A DNA stretch of 64,000 nucleotides, taken from assembly GCA_020891255.1 (NCBI GenBank), contig BQFW01000004.1:372001-436000 (forward strand), read 5' to 3'. A model generated the notes under the pieces. It saw nothing but the letters and a program-made list of their open reading frames with translations. It was not told the origin of the DNA and did no database searches. Origin of the DNA: Entomortierella parvispora E1425 (taxonomy: Eukaryota; Fungi; Mortierellomycota). The translations under genes and the position numbers were made by a program. Positions 49,805 to 62,558 of this stretch are shown here, piece by piece. How positions within the stretch are numbered: the first letter of the stretch is position 1; the number at the start of each line of letters is the position of its first letter.

Positions 49805-50488
49805 TTGGTATACATGCAAGAAGAGGAACTTGTCATTTTGACCTCTTTTTTTTTTTTTTTTTTTTTTGGGTGATCCCTCAAATAGAACAACGTCGCTCAG
49901 ATTCTGATCCACAATGGGACCGTGTTCGATCCGTTGTTCACGGTCCAACTCACGGCCCAGATGCATTGGCCCTACACTCTGTTGGTGACCTCCGATACCC
50001 CAGACACGCTGGACATTCCCAAAACGGCGACTCCCCCAGTGAGCCCCTCTGCCTCGCCCAGCCCTGTCAACATTCTCCATATCCAAGCGGACTATGGATA
50101 CCAGGCCAGCATCAACCTTGATACCCGATCTCTGATTTGGTTCGACACTAGGGGGTTGACCTCTCCCGAGTACTCTCAGTATCCCTACAATGACAACTAC
50201 TCGGCGAGTGCGTTGCTAGCTGGAAGCAGTGATACGTTATCGTCGTCGTCGCCTTTGTCGGCTGGAGGAATCGCTGGCGTCGTGGTGGGTTCGTTGGCGG
50301 TCGTGGCCTTGGGTGTGGTGGCGGTGGTGGCGGGTGTTCGTCGTAGGAGAAGACAGCAGCAGGGGCAGCAAGGAAACGATGTTGAGCTCGAGTCCACACC
50401 GGTTGATCAGACACCCGCGGCTACTACAGTGACCGCTCCGGCTGAGATCGCATCCGCGCGTCCTGGCGAAGCTGAATCGAGAGCTTGA
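48551..50488 (+). CDS. Single-pass membrane protein with a beta-rich ectodomain; exons ~48551-49360, 49489-49758, 49888-50488; N-terminus uncertain
   Basis: Introns join three frames in phase. A Ser-rich juxtamembrane region precedes the TM segment IAGVVVGSLAVVALGVVAVVAGV and the stop-transfer RRRRR. Confidence 0.75.
49778..49804. repeat. (GA)n microsatellite inside an intron
   Basis: Read directly from the sequence. Confidence 0.85.
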
Positions 50489-51131
50489 TGGTGGTTTGGA
50501 TCCAGAGGTGCCTGAATCACGAAAAGAAAGTGGATTCTAAAAACCTGTCCTTTTTGCTTCATACTCGCTCGAAGAAGGCATCGGGATCGGAGAATATCTG
50601 CAAATGGATGCAAGAGTATCCCCCAAGCTCGTCCGAGAGCATAGGACTACACAACAAACTCTGCACTGAGTCATTCTGATACCATGAGACATTCTCAGGC
50701 GACTCAGTACTCTATGGTCCTCTGATGTCTTCACTAGCGTCTGCTTTCGTTGCCTTTCTACGAAGAGGACTAGAAACGGTGATATGCAAGCGTCGGCGAC
50801 GTGCTCGCGCCGCTCCAAGAAGAAGACACCCCAAATGATGATGGCCACAACTGGCTTTTCGAAATCCTTGAACGTCCGCAGTAAGAGGAACTCTTACTTC
50901 CAAAGACAAGATGAAAGAAAAACGCAGGTGGAGGGATTCCCAGTAAAGTATGGCTGTCGCGACGTGTTGACCTAATTGTATTATGGGCCATCCAACCACT
51001 TCCCGTAGGACACGCCAAAAGGAGCATTCGCTACATAGACAGACAGTTAGCAAGGTCGATCACTGCCAACAAGCAAAATAGAGGCAGGCAGCTCTCTCCC
51101 ACAGGCACTCTTCTCACAATGAGTGGCAAAT

Positions 51132-51139
51132 AAAAAAAA
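51132..51139 (-). terminator. Pol III T8 terminator; first run of 4 or more T downstream of tRNA-Gly
   Basis: Plus-strand A8 at 51132-51139. There is no AAAA on the plus strand between 51141 and 51250. Confidence 0.75.
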
Positions 51140-51234
51140 GAACTCAGATCCCCGTTTTTCAAGTCCGAAGACAAGATGTGCACCGTACAGGATGGTGCTT
51201 AAAGTAGAAACGGTGGTCATTCCAATCATTGTTC
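51140..51234 (-). ncRNA. Candidate box C/D (k-turn) RNA co-transcribed downstream of tRNA-Gly
   Basis: Terminal stem GAAC/GUUC, box C-like AAUGAUU, box D CUGA, internal GCACC/GGUGC and GUC-UUCG-GAC hairpins, ending at a T8 run. Confidence 0.7.
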
Positions 51235-51250
51235 AAGATTCGCACAGCTA

Positions 51251-51321
51251 TGCGTGGTCCGGGAATCGAACCCGGGTCTACCGCGTGGCAGGCGGTAATT
51301 ATACCACTAAACCAACCACGC
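51251..51321 (-). tRNA. tRNA-Gly (anticodon GCC), intronless, 71 nt
   Basis: Acceptor stem GCGUGGU/ACCACGC, anticodon arm ACCGC-CUGCCAC-GCGGU, A box TGGTTTAGTGG and B box GGTTCGATTCC. Confidence 0.97.
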
Positions 51322-51702
51322 TTGAAGGTGCTGATATGAGATTCAGTTCCAGCTCCTCCAAGTTCTGGATCCCCGACTCAGATTTGCCACCAATTTCGAG
51401 CCCAGAAAGTCACGTGCTCGGATGATCACGTGCCGACTTATGTGTGTTTTTTTGGGAGCGGTTTTGAGAAGCTGTGGATGCAGACTACACTTTCTCAGGT
51501 CTCATGCCCTCGGGGGTCCTTTGCCGAAAAAAAAAGACAACACTTTCTGAGGAGGACACTGTGGCTGCATGGATCGTGATGTGATGTCAAGGATATATTA
51601 TGATATTATGATATCTTTTTATTGTGTTTTTGGGGGGAGGAGAGTTTTATACAGATTTCTAAGAGAAAAGAGCGAGAGTGACGAGAGAACAGAAAAAAGA
51701 GT

Positions 51703-53383
51703 TTACTCGCGCTCCCAGAGGGCAGCCATACCCATACCGGTACCGATGCACATGGTGGTGACACCGAGCTTGGCGTTCTGGCGCTTCAACTCGGGCAACA
51801 AGGTGGCGATCTGACGAGCACCTGTGCATCCCAAGGGGTGACCCATGGCGATGGCACCTCCGACGGGGTTGACCTTGTTGATGTCCAAGCCGCACTTCTC
51901 GATGGTGTAGACGGCCTGGGAGGCGAAGGCCTCGTTCAACTCAAAGACGTCAACGTCCTTGATCTGGATACCGGCCTTCTCGCAGACGGCGGGGATGGCG
52001 TAGGCAGGGCCGACACCCATGATCTTGGGAGCGCAACCGACGACGGCCGAGGTGATGAACTTTCCGACGATGGGGAGACCCAACTTCTCGGCGGTCTTGC
52101 GCTTCATGAGCAAGACGGCGGCGGCACCATCGGAGACCTGGGAGGCGTTACCGGCGGTGGTGGCACCGTCAAAGGCAGGGCGCAACTTTGAGAGGGACTC
52201 GACGGTGGTACCGGCACGGATACCGTCATCCTTGGAAACAATGATCTCCTTCTCGTTGTCCTCAGCATCCTTGATCATGGTCTTGACAGCGACAATCTCG
52301 CTGTCAAACTTGCCCTCGGCCTGAGCCTTGGCGGCCTTCTGGAAGGAAAGAGCGGCGAAAGCATCCTGCTTGGCACGGGTGACGTTGAACTCGCTGGCGA
52401 CGTTCTCGGAGGTGATACTTTACAAAAAAAAAAAAAGAAAAGTCGAAAAAAGAATGTTAGAAAATGCCATGTCACTCTAAAGCATCCAGTGGTGTCACTC
52501 TTTTTTGTCTTTACTCCAATGAGAGCAGATCAGATCAAAGAAGCGAATAGTCAACGCGAATTGAACTTACCCCATGGGGAGCTGGCAGTCAGCAGCAGCC
52601 TCGCAGGCCTCGGGGATCTTCTCGGAGGTCTGGGCAGCCATGGCGGAGGCGCCGTATCCCATGGTCATGGACTCGACACCGGCACCGATACCAATGTCGA
52701 TCAAACCGGTCTGGATGTGGGTGGCAATGTTGACGACGGCCTGGAGACCGGAAGAGCACTGACGGTTGGTGGTGTAGATCGAGGTCTTATCGGGGTATCC
52801 GGCGTAGAGAGCAGCCATGCGGGAGACGGTGGCACCACCGGCAGCCTGGAGAACGTTTCCGACGCAGATGTCGTCAACGATGGAGGGGTCGATCTTGGTG
52901 CGGTCCTTGATGGCAGCGAGAACAGCGGCCAAAAGATCCTCACTACGAGTTGAAGGGCATTGACAAAAGCAAGCAGAGGTATTAGTGGGGGATGAGCTTC
53001 GGACCAGATCAAAGAGGAAGAAAAACGGGTTCGGGGTCTTTTGGGTGAATCGATCGGTCAGTCCTGGTTGGAACGTCCGCACAGCGCCAGCTTTTGATCC
53101 AATTGAGCTCGCTCCGTGTCCTGGTACAGGCCGATCGTCTTTGTCGTGCTCCTGAAAGTGTGTTGTCCTTGTGCAAGTGAACACGGTGGTAAGGACAAAC
53201 AACTTACGGGACAGTGTCCTTGAAGCCACCCTTCTTGCCACGGGTCATGGGGGTGCGGACGGCATCGACAATGACAACATCATCAGCAGACTTGACACCA
53301 ATCTTTGTGGGGATGTTGGAGGTCTGAGCAGCGGTGGGCTGGACAGTCAAGTGGGAAGAGATTTGTGCAAGACGGGAAGACAT
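51703..53383 (-). CDS. POT1: Peroxisomal 3-ketoacyl-CoA thiolase; 3 exons
   Basis: PTS2 signal RLAQISSHL, NRQCSSGL (catalytic Cys), NEAFA, GGAIAMGHPLG and TMCIGTGMG. Confidence 0.96.
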
Positions 53384-54082
53384 TGTAATGTGTGTGAGTG
53401 GGGATGGGGTATGAACTGAATGAGGAGAAACAAAAAGAAATAAAAAAAGGGAGAGTGGGGGGGCAGAAGTGGGGAAGAGGGTTTTATATGATCGAGGCCG
53501 ATGATCGAACAAACAGGAGCAAGGAACGAACAAAAGCTGAAGCGGGAAGTCGTGTCACGGGCAGACCGACCACGACCACGGAGAAGAAGGGCACAGAAAC
53601 TGCTTTGTTGCCAACCTTGTTTCTCTCCACCCACGGCCAACGCAGCGCAAAGTGACCGGGGACGAGCAATTGCATGCAGGCAGACCGACGTTGTGCAAGA
53701 CCGTGGACAGCACAAGAAAACAGAAAGGTGGAGAGGAGCGGGAGATGATCAGCCGAAAGGAGACCTCCGTCAATAGGAAATGACATCGGCGCCGTGCGAG
53801 CCTCAGGTGGTGGATTCGCTTTCCATTGGCACGTGAAAAAAAACGTAAAATTTGTTCTTCCTGTCCCTCTTCGTCACCCTGCGTGCCTGTCGTCCGTTGG
53901 TTCAAGACGATCCCACCAAAGGTACCTTTTCCTTTTGCTCCCATGCCATGTGCGCAGGGACGGACAGCAAGGGTGCACTTTAGCCAGCTTGGTGCGCTTC
54001 TCCCCACATGTTAGAGCTAGCTCTCTTTCCTTCCCACCCTTTGTTTGTCCCTTCAGGTCCTCCCAAGGAACACAGCAGCAAC

Positions 54083-54114
54083 AATGCAGCAGTGCAGCAG
54101 TGCAGCAGTGCAGC
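54083..54114. repeat. 8-bp tandem repeat (A[A/G]TGCAGC)x4, intergenic
   Basis: aatgcagc agtgcagc agtgcagc agtgcagc. Confidence 0.8.
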
Positions 54115-54644
54115 GTAGACTTCCAGGCATCACAGCTCTTGGTTCAATTACTCAAGCCTCGTCCCTTGCCACCCAGACCTGCGTTCTGCATCTTGCTTCT
54201 TTACACCCTTTTATTGGGGTGTACCTCCCCCTTGCCCTCATATCTCGTCATCCATGACGTCGCTTCGCTCCATTGTGGAGACCTTGCTTCTATGACTGAC
54301 CAATCTTTTTTTTTTTTTTTTTTGTTGTCGTGTGGCCTTTCTTTCGTTCTTTCTCTCGTTCCGTGCCTCATTTCTTTAAAAGCAAAAGCGGGGTGTTGAA
54401 GAATGCCGAAATGAATCAATGTCGTTTTTTTTTGTGGAGAAATAAAGAGATCTGACTGCAACAGTCCTTGGCCATGTATCGGTTCGTCGGTCACACAAAT
54501 AACCTCCGCAAGGCGTGTTTTGATCCGTTTGCACAGCTGCACTCAATTGTCGGGCGCGTTGGTTGTTGACAGTGAATAATACAAGTTTCTATTTTATTAT
54601 TTTATTTTTTTATATTTTTGCTTTTCTGGACATTAACATTTGGT

Positions 54645-57600
54645 TCATGAGCTGCCAAACTCCTTCTTTATCGTCTTGAACAGATCCCCCAGATGACGAT
54701 GACCGGATGATGCTGTCGAGTTCATCGAATCTGTCCTCAATGTTCCTTTTCTTCCTCCTCCTTCTCCGCCGTTACCATTACCACCACTACCGCCATTGGT
54801 GGGACCTTCCAAAGTCGGACCTTTAGTGTCGTAAGGTTGCTCCACGAGATCATGAGGGTGAACGTGTTCCTGATCCGAATGCCGCCTTTCATTGGCCTTC
54901 TCCTGCAACGCCTTCTCGACCAGAGCTCGATCCTTGTCATCAATCTCATGGACCGCTGTCCGTATGACTCCGTTATCCTCTTCACGTTCCACCTCATGGA
55001 ATTTAGAGACGGATGGGACTCTTCCTCTTGCTGGGTGATCATGGCCTTGACTTTGGAAAGGTTGCAATAGCCGGGAAGAGGGGAGGGAAGGTGATTGACC
55101 TGTATTTTGTTGTAGTTGTTGGTTTTGGTGGTAGACGGCTGGAGGTGGTTGTAATGTGGAGGAGGTTCCTGACTGGGCCGAGGCACCAGACCCAGAGTGA
55201 TTGGAGGTGATGTCGGAAGGTCGAATGTTCAGTCCTTGACTGGCAGGATGACTTTCACGTAGGGACTCGATCAAGCCCGGGTCCTTGTAATCCCGATAGC
55301 TCGAATGGGGTTGATTCGAGTTGATGGAAGAAGAGTAGCTGGAGGGTCGACTGCCTCCATCGATACTAATTCCGTCTCCTGCACCCAGTCCGGCAAAGGC
55401 GCTGCCGCTACGTTCCGATGGATCTGTGCTGGTGACGCGGGTCAAGGGAAGAATGCCACTGTTTCCAATGCCCATTCCGACTCCTGCTGCTGCAACAACG
55501 CCTGTGCCAGCTGGACCTCCGACACTCACGCCACTGTTGGAGTAATTGGGACTGCGGCTACCAATGCCTTTGCCCCATGCGGCCTCCTTCATCTCCTGAA
55601 CAACGTCTTCCAGGGTTCGTGTGTTGTTTGTGTTTGTGCGACTCAACGGCAATCCATCGGCACCCACTCCAGTGCTGGTGCCTGAGCCACTCCCAGGGCC
55701 AAAAAGTCCTACAGGGTTGAATCCTGGACCCAAAGATCGACCGTTCAGCGATCGTTGATCATATCCAATGGACCTCTGACTCTGGCCATCGTATCCAATT
55801 GTCCTCTGCAGCTGCGAGTCGTCCTCCATGAGTCCACCAATACTCGAGCCACTGATTGTAGGCGGCCGTAAGACAATCTCGTCGCCAATGTTGATATGAG
55901 GCAAGCGGGTCACGACATGGGAACTCTCTTCTCGTTTCCGGGACCAGGTTCTTGTGTACTTGTATTGCAGATGCAGCAGTGGGACCGTGACACCATGGAT
56001 CAAGACACTGGAGAGGACCAGGAACATAACAATGGGCCAGATGATGGAGCGTACCCTCAAGAGTCGGTCCACATTGTGCGGATTATCACCTAGATTGTTA
56101 GGGTTCGTCATTCCGGCCGTGACCTTGGAAAAAAAGACGGCGCCGACGCCGATGGGACCGAACCAGCCAGCAAAGGCAGCCTCACGGCGGGTAGCAAGAG
56201 CAGGGATAAAAGGTTTCAGGGCAATGACAAAGGGCATTCGACGAAACAGAAGTACCAAGATTGCCAGGACAATCATACGCCAGATCGAGAGGCCGAGCGC
56301 TGGGTCATGGAAGCTAGAAAAGGGAATCGAAGCTCCAATGTACACAAAACAGGCCAAATTGAGAAGCATATCAATGATTTCCTGGATATGGGCTTCTGCA
56401 ATCTCGTTCGAGAACCAGTCGCTATCAATAAAATGAAATACAAAGGAAAAGATGAGGATGTGCATTTCTTTTCAGTTGCGTTCACTTCTTTTTTTTTGCA
56501 ATAGACACCCTTGTGTGTTTGTATTTGTCACTCACTCCCAGGCAAAGACATTTCCTGCAATGAAGCAGGCCAAGAGATCATCCGAGGCTAGGATACTCAC
56601 ACAGCCCGAAACCGCCAGGGCCAGCGCGATCGAAAACACCAAGAAGGACTCCTTGTCGATCAGGTTCCTAAAAAAGGAAAAGCGAGGGTCATGCGCTGTG
56701 GATCAGTCCTCCAGTCTTTTTCTTTTCTCCTCTTGGCTGCAGAGGGTTGTGGTTTCTTGGATCCCCTTCTTTCTGCAAGATCTTGGATTTTTTTGTTTAC
56801 CTGTTTTTGGCTCCTTTGACCAGTTTGCGGGCTGCAGCGCCAATCAGCCCTCCAAGAACAATACTCAACAAGATCTGGTAAGCCCAGACCAAATAGAACC
56901 ATTGCGCAAAGGCCTGACCCAAGGAGCGCTCCCGCATGATGTACAATCCCAAGAACAAGAACGGTAATCCCATGCCATCGTTGATGCCGGATTCTGCAGA
57001 TAGAAGGTATCGGATCCTGGGCGGGACGTGCTTTTCTGCAAACCTGCCCTTAACCACCGAGTTGGACAAGACGGGATCTGTCGGGGTAACGCAGGCAGCC
57101 AGGACCATGGATTCCACAAAGTCGAGGTCTGGGATCAACCCCCAGATCAAGAGGGCGGAAGTGAGCCACATCAAGATCATGAGCGGGACAATCATCATGA
57201 AAAGCGAACGTCTCTCCTTGACCATGTACGATCTAAAAGAAAGGGTGGTTGGGGGGTAGAAGAGATAAGAGGGGGAAAGGAGGTGAGAGAAGGAAGCAGG
57301 GAGCGGGGAAGGAGGGGAAGGGTCAGTTCCAGGGTGTCGAATCCTCCTTTGTTTTTTTTAGTGCCGAACAGCAAACATAAAAGATGGAAGTACCGAGGCA
57401 AGGACACTCCTGCAGCCATGACTTGAACTGCAATAACGATTCTTGTGAACTCCAATGTGACACCATCAAAGTTTTTCCATGACATGGGATCAAATATTCC
57501 TATGGCGTATGGTCCAATGATGATCCCAAAGGCCGTTGCAACAACTAGTGCACAAGTGGTTGCAGATATGGTATTTTAAAAGAAGGGGGAAGAGTAGATG

Positions 57601-58313
57601 GTTACTATTGTTTTCTGCGAAAAGGTGCCAATTGAATGCTGATACTGTGGTTGCCGTATTTCTCTTTTTCCCGTGTCTTCCCGTCCTTCATTGCTATCAA
57701 TAGAGAAAAACGCATTGATAAAGTTGTGCTTCAAAAGCCGTCGATTCCAAGAAGAATGAAGGTGGCAACTGGGACTGAGAAGGAAAGTGAGGAATTGCTT
57801 CGCAAACGAATAAAGCCAAGAAAACAAAAAAGAAAAATATGATAATGACGAAACGAAGCTAGTGTGGGCCAGATATAAAGGCACTAGTGCCAAAAGAACA
57901 GGAGGGGGTTGACTAGATCAAGTTGGGGAGATGAGGCAAAAAATGAAGACAAGTGAAAGAGGAGGGAGGCGGGAGAGAGAGATATAGAGAGGAGAGAGGG
58001 CAGGAGTAGTTGGGTTCCCGGCCAGTCCAGTCAGCCATGTTTGTAGTCCCTTAGGGGACGATGCAGTTGCGCACGCCCTTTGTTTCCTGTTCCTGGCAGT
58101 GCTTTTTTGTGTATGCGTCTCTTCCTCCCCTCCAATGGTAAGCGAAATACGAGCAAAAAAGTCTGCAAAAGATAAAGATGACTTACATGCCTCGGAGATG
58201 AACAGTTTTTCTTTGACAAACAAACTGACCAGTCCGAAAAAGATGATGAAGCATCCTAAAAGTGCGTAAGCAACATGTTCTGGAGCAGTGTCCAGTACCA
58301 CAGTCATAGGCAT
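54645..58313 (-). CDS. NHA1: Plasma-membrane Na+(K+)/H+ antiporter (CPA1), multi-exon, long disordered C-tail
   Basis: FTRIVIAVQVMAAGVSLP, ACVTPTDPVL, LSAESGINDG, SDDLLACF, AFAGWFGPIGVGAVF and VLSSVLIHG. Confidence 0.95.
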
Positions 58314-59734
58314 CTTGTTTTTTTAAATAAAAGGACCGATGCGACGGTCGCCCGAATCGGAAAAAAAACGTTGGTTTTTGTTGGTTTCTGTTGTGTCCTG
58401 ATTAAGTTGTAAACAGAGGACAAAAAGGAAAGTGTGGAACGAAACGGGAAAGGAACGAAGAGGAGAGACGTCAAAAGATGAGAAAAGAGAGCCGTTGTTG
58501 CCCTGTGCGCTGTGGTGGCGGGGTTTTCTGTCCGTGCGTTTGTGTGGCAACTGGAGCGGCGAAAAAATTAAAAAAGGGAGAAGGATCGATTCTCTCTTGT
58601 GCGTTGGGGTATGAGGGTTGAAAAGGAAGAGTTGAGTATGACGATGGGGAAGAGAGGCTGGATCGAGAGGGTTGATATCAAGAGCCGCAGATCGATCGAT
58701 GGGTATAGAGTAGAGATGGTGGTGGCGGGAAGTGGATGGGGTATCGGAGGGATGCAATGCACAGGGCAAAATGGGGAGGAAGACGGATGTGACAGAGACG
58801 GGGCCTGTACTTTATAGTCAGCACAGGACGGACATGGAGAGAGAGGATAGAAAAGGGGGAGAGTGATGGGTGGGATGAGCAAAGAATGAATCGAATTAGA
58901 AAGGAAAAAAGGAATGGTGCATTGCGAATGTCAATGGGGCCAAGAAACGAGCAGATTCTAATCAACCTCACTTCATTCACTCTACTCAAATACAAAGGTA
59001 AAACATGAAAAAGATTCCTTTGTTCGTTGTTTGTGTGGGTGAATTGGCGAGTGTGTCTCGTTCGTTCTTTTTTGCATCTGTGCAGTACGGAGATGATTCT
59101 TGTCTTTACAGTTTCTTTGGTGTCCTGCCAATCCCCCTTCTCCCTCCCGCCCTTCCCTTCTTTCCAGAAGGAGGGGAAGGGGCCTGATGACAATATGACA
59201 ATGACGGCACTTTAAACGCAACGGCCAAAAGATCTTTTGGAGGGAGGGACACCAGAACTCAAAAAAATAAACCAAAAAGTAAAAACAGAAAAGGAACGTT
59301 CGATCGTGGCGATGATCTTGCAACGATCTCCTTTCCATCCCTGCTATTTATCCCTCTTCTTCCCGCAATGTCAATGACATCGTTCGTTCCGTTTGTTATG
59401 TTATCCATCGCGCGATCGTTGCACGCGTGTCACGTTCCACCTCTTTTTCCCAGGGGTGAGGCGGTGAAACAAAACGATCCATGCACTTAGCCCACGGACG
59501 ACCACAGGACACACACCACAGCCACTCCTCTCTCTCTGTCCCTCTCTCCGTGCTTGCGGAATGACGGAACAACTGTTCTGCAAACCGCTATCATGTCCGT
59601 GCCCACTCACAACATCATTCCAATATCGCCCAACTACCCTCAACCTGGATGATAGTACCTTTTCAATGATAAAAAATCACCATTAATTTATTTTTTAGTC
59701 AAATATTTTTTCATCCTCCTTCCCATGGTATCAT

Positions 59735-62558
59735 TTATCCTGCGAACTGGCACCGGGTGCTCACCACCATTCCGTTGACCTCGGCCTCTGCTCTAATCTC
59801 TGTAGCTCCAAAATACATCCTCAGTTCAAACATGACCTTATGGCCAGGCGCCGCTCCTGGGATGAAGGGCAAAGGAATCAAGAAGTCGCCAATCTTTTCG
59901 ACCATGGGACTGTCGACATAACGGGGCAAGTGCATGGTCGAGCACGCGTACAGGGGTGAGTTGACTGGTTTCGGGTACTGGTAGGTCACGTAACGCTTCT
60001 TGATACACTCGTCAATCCCGACCTGTTGTCCTGGAGCGACATAGACCGAGAACCGATCCCGGGCTCGGAGCAAACCTTCATGGTCCCGAACTTGCTTATG
60101 AGGCATATCGTATCCGACCTCAAAGGCCATCAGGGAATCTACACCGTACCAACGTCTTGCCACACGGGCCGCCACAATACGAGGAGTGATTCCAGCCAAG
60201 GCTGCTCCGCGGACCACGGCTAATTCTGCACGGGGTGGGCAGACAATCAATGGTACCCTGGCCCCAAACTCGGATCGGACACGGGTCTGCAAATAGCCGG
60301 AGCAACCGAACCCTCCGACCAAAAAGATGGCTTGGCAGTTGAAGTTTGTCTGTTGCAACTGGTGTTGGATCAAGCGAAGACAATCATCCACTACGGGATC
60401 AAAGACCTCCCGACGCATTTCCTCCGCGGTCACGGTCAAGACGCCGTCCTCCAATCCAATCTCATAATCGGTCAAATCAGCCCGTCCAGGAACTGCGGGC
60501 ATGGTAATGTATTGGTCGTCCACACCATCGAACAAGGGTTTGACATTGTGGATAAAGTTATCCATCAGGGTCACCCAGTTGGCGGGCGTCAGACCCTTGT
60601 CCTGCCATCGGGCAAACTTTTGACGGAAGACAGCCTCCATGCGCTCGTCCAGGAAGATAGAGCCACAACTGTGCCCACTGCCGCGAGTGACCTCTCTCAA
60701 TGTCCGGCCCTGGGGTCCAATAGCAACCTCAAAGACAATCAGGTCCACAGTGCCTCCTCCGGCGTCACAGATCATGAACCGCTGTCCATGACCGATTTGG
60801 AACTGGTCACATTTCTTTTCACAGTACAGGGCAGCGGCCTCGGGCTCCGAGATCAAGAGAAGACGGTGAGGGGGATCCAAAGGGGTGATCATCCCGGCCT
60901 GGAGGGCCGCTTGGCGCATCATGGCTTTTGCATGGTCGTTCCACATTGCTGGAACGGACAGACAGTACTGAATATGGCTTTGATCAAAGTTTGCTCCAAA
61001 GCCTCGAAGAACCGTCTAATGTATGTGAAAAAAAGAGGTCAAACCTTTGCGGAATAGCCTGCGGTCTCTCTCTTTCACTCTCAACCCTCCACTTTTTTTT
61101 TCTTTTTCCTTTTTCTTTTTTTCTTTTTTTTCCATTTACCTGCACCACATGAGCATGAAAGAGTCGAAGATAATCCGCAATGGCATCGACCACCGTCAAA
61201 CCGTTAGGAAGGGGTTCGTGCGGTCCAGAAGATTCGTCCAGATGCAATTTGTACTTTGAAAGAAGCACATGGTTTTTGTATGGCGGCTTGGTCATTGCGA
61301 TTTTAGCCGGATAGCCCCATTCTTCAATCACTCTGGAGTCTGGACCATAAAGGTTGCATGTCGGGACCTTGGGGTAGTTGTGAGTCTGTTTTGGCCTAAA
61401 AAAAGTTTCCATCCAAAACCATCAGCATTCAAAAAAAAAAAAAAAAAAAAGTTCTCACCAACAACTAGCTCTTTCGTACCATGTAGAAACCTCGTGGACC
61501 TCGCCATCTTGCTGGTACGCGTATGCCATGGAAGAGAATGTAGTTCCCCAGTCAATGGCCATGATAATAGGGTAGGTATGGTTGGGCCCGAATGCTGGTT
61601 GTTGGTATTGCTGTTGTTGATGCTGTTGTTGATACTGTTGTTGATATTGTTGCTGCATGGGAGGAGCTCCAAACTGTCCTCCATTCCAAGCGTTAGACAC
61701 GGGTGGACTAGACACAGCTTGACTGTATGGAGGGCTGGGCATCTGATATGATGTACTGTAGGTGGGCTGGGAAGGGGGAGGTGGGTGATAGACAGGCTTG
61801 GGTGGTGGTGCTGGGGGTGTTGATGCCGGAGTATAAGGCGAGGCCATGGATGGAGAGGACATGGCTGGGGAGTTGAGCGAGAATCCTCCCGCCGAGGCAG
61901 ATGTGTGAGTGACAGCAGGGCTTGTGTTCGTCGTGGCCGTTGCCCCAGAGTTGCTTCGGGCAATATTCTGGTCCGCAAAAGGGGCCGACGCTAAATTCAA
62001 GTCTCTTGAAAGGCCAGAGGTGTGGGAAGCAGGGGCCGTGTGAGGGTTGCGTGGATCCAGGGGTGGTTCAGTGTAGTCAAAAGTGGTGGAGAAACCTGGG
62101 TTGACCGTGGTGACGATCGCGTGTGGGTCCAACGGCGGAGACGAGACCTGGGGCAAGGTACCGATGGTGACTGGTGCCGACATTCCACTCGTGAAGTTTC
62201 CACTCTTTCCGGTGTCGCTTCTTTGTGGCTCTGCATCGGAGCTGTTTTGCTGCTGGTGATGCGGTGGTTGGTTCTGCAGCGAGGGCGAGGGAGGAGGAAA
62301 TTGCTGAATGACCTTGACATTCGATTCTGCATTTGCGACACCTCCATTTTCATTTTCATTTTCATTGCCATTGCCATTGCCAACGCCAGCACCGCTGTCA
62401 TTAGCGCTGGTGGTACCACCAGTCTTCGCAGAGGTGGCATCATCAACAACGACATGGACATTGTCGGTCGATTGAGCGACAGAGGCAGCCGTTACAGAAG
62501 CTGTCCCGGTCGACCCCTTGTCGCCCTTGTTCTTCTTCTTCAGGAAGAATTTCTTCAT
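59735..62558 (-). CDS. Atypical Hsp70 (HSPA12-like actin-fold ATPase) with a Pro/Gln-rich N-terminal extension; 3 exons
   Basis: AIDWGTTFSSMAYA, YCLSVPAMWND, LLISEPEAAAL, ICDAGGGTVD, IFLVGGFGCSGYL and AVVRGAAL. Confidence 0.92.

Noticed and set aside
51838-52953. Long antisense ORFs opposite thiolase (similar ones lie opposite DPL1, ESF1, RPS15, the 11.3-kb gene and the Hsp70-like gene)
   Set aside because: These are shadow ORFs caused by biased codon usage on the coding strand, with no independent protein features.
52943-53207. H/ACA-like hairpins in thiolase intron 1
   Set aside because: Two short stems are present but there is no properly placed ACA box, so the evidence is insufficient.
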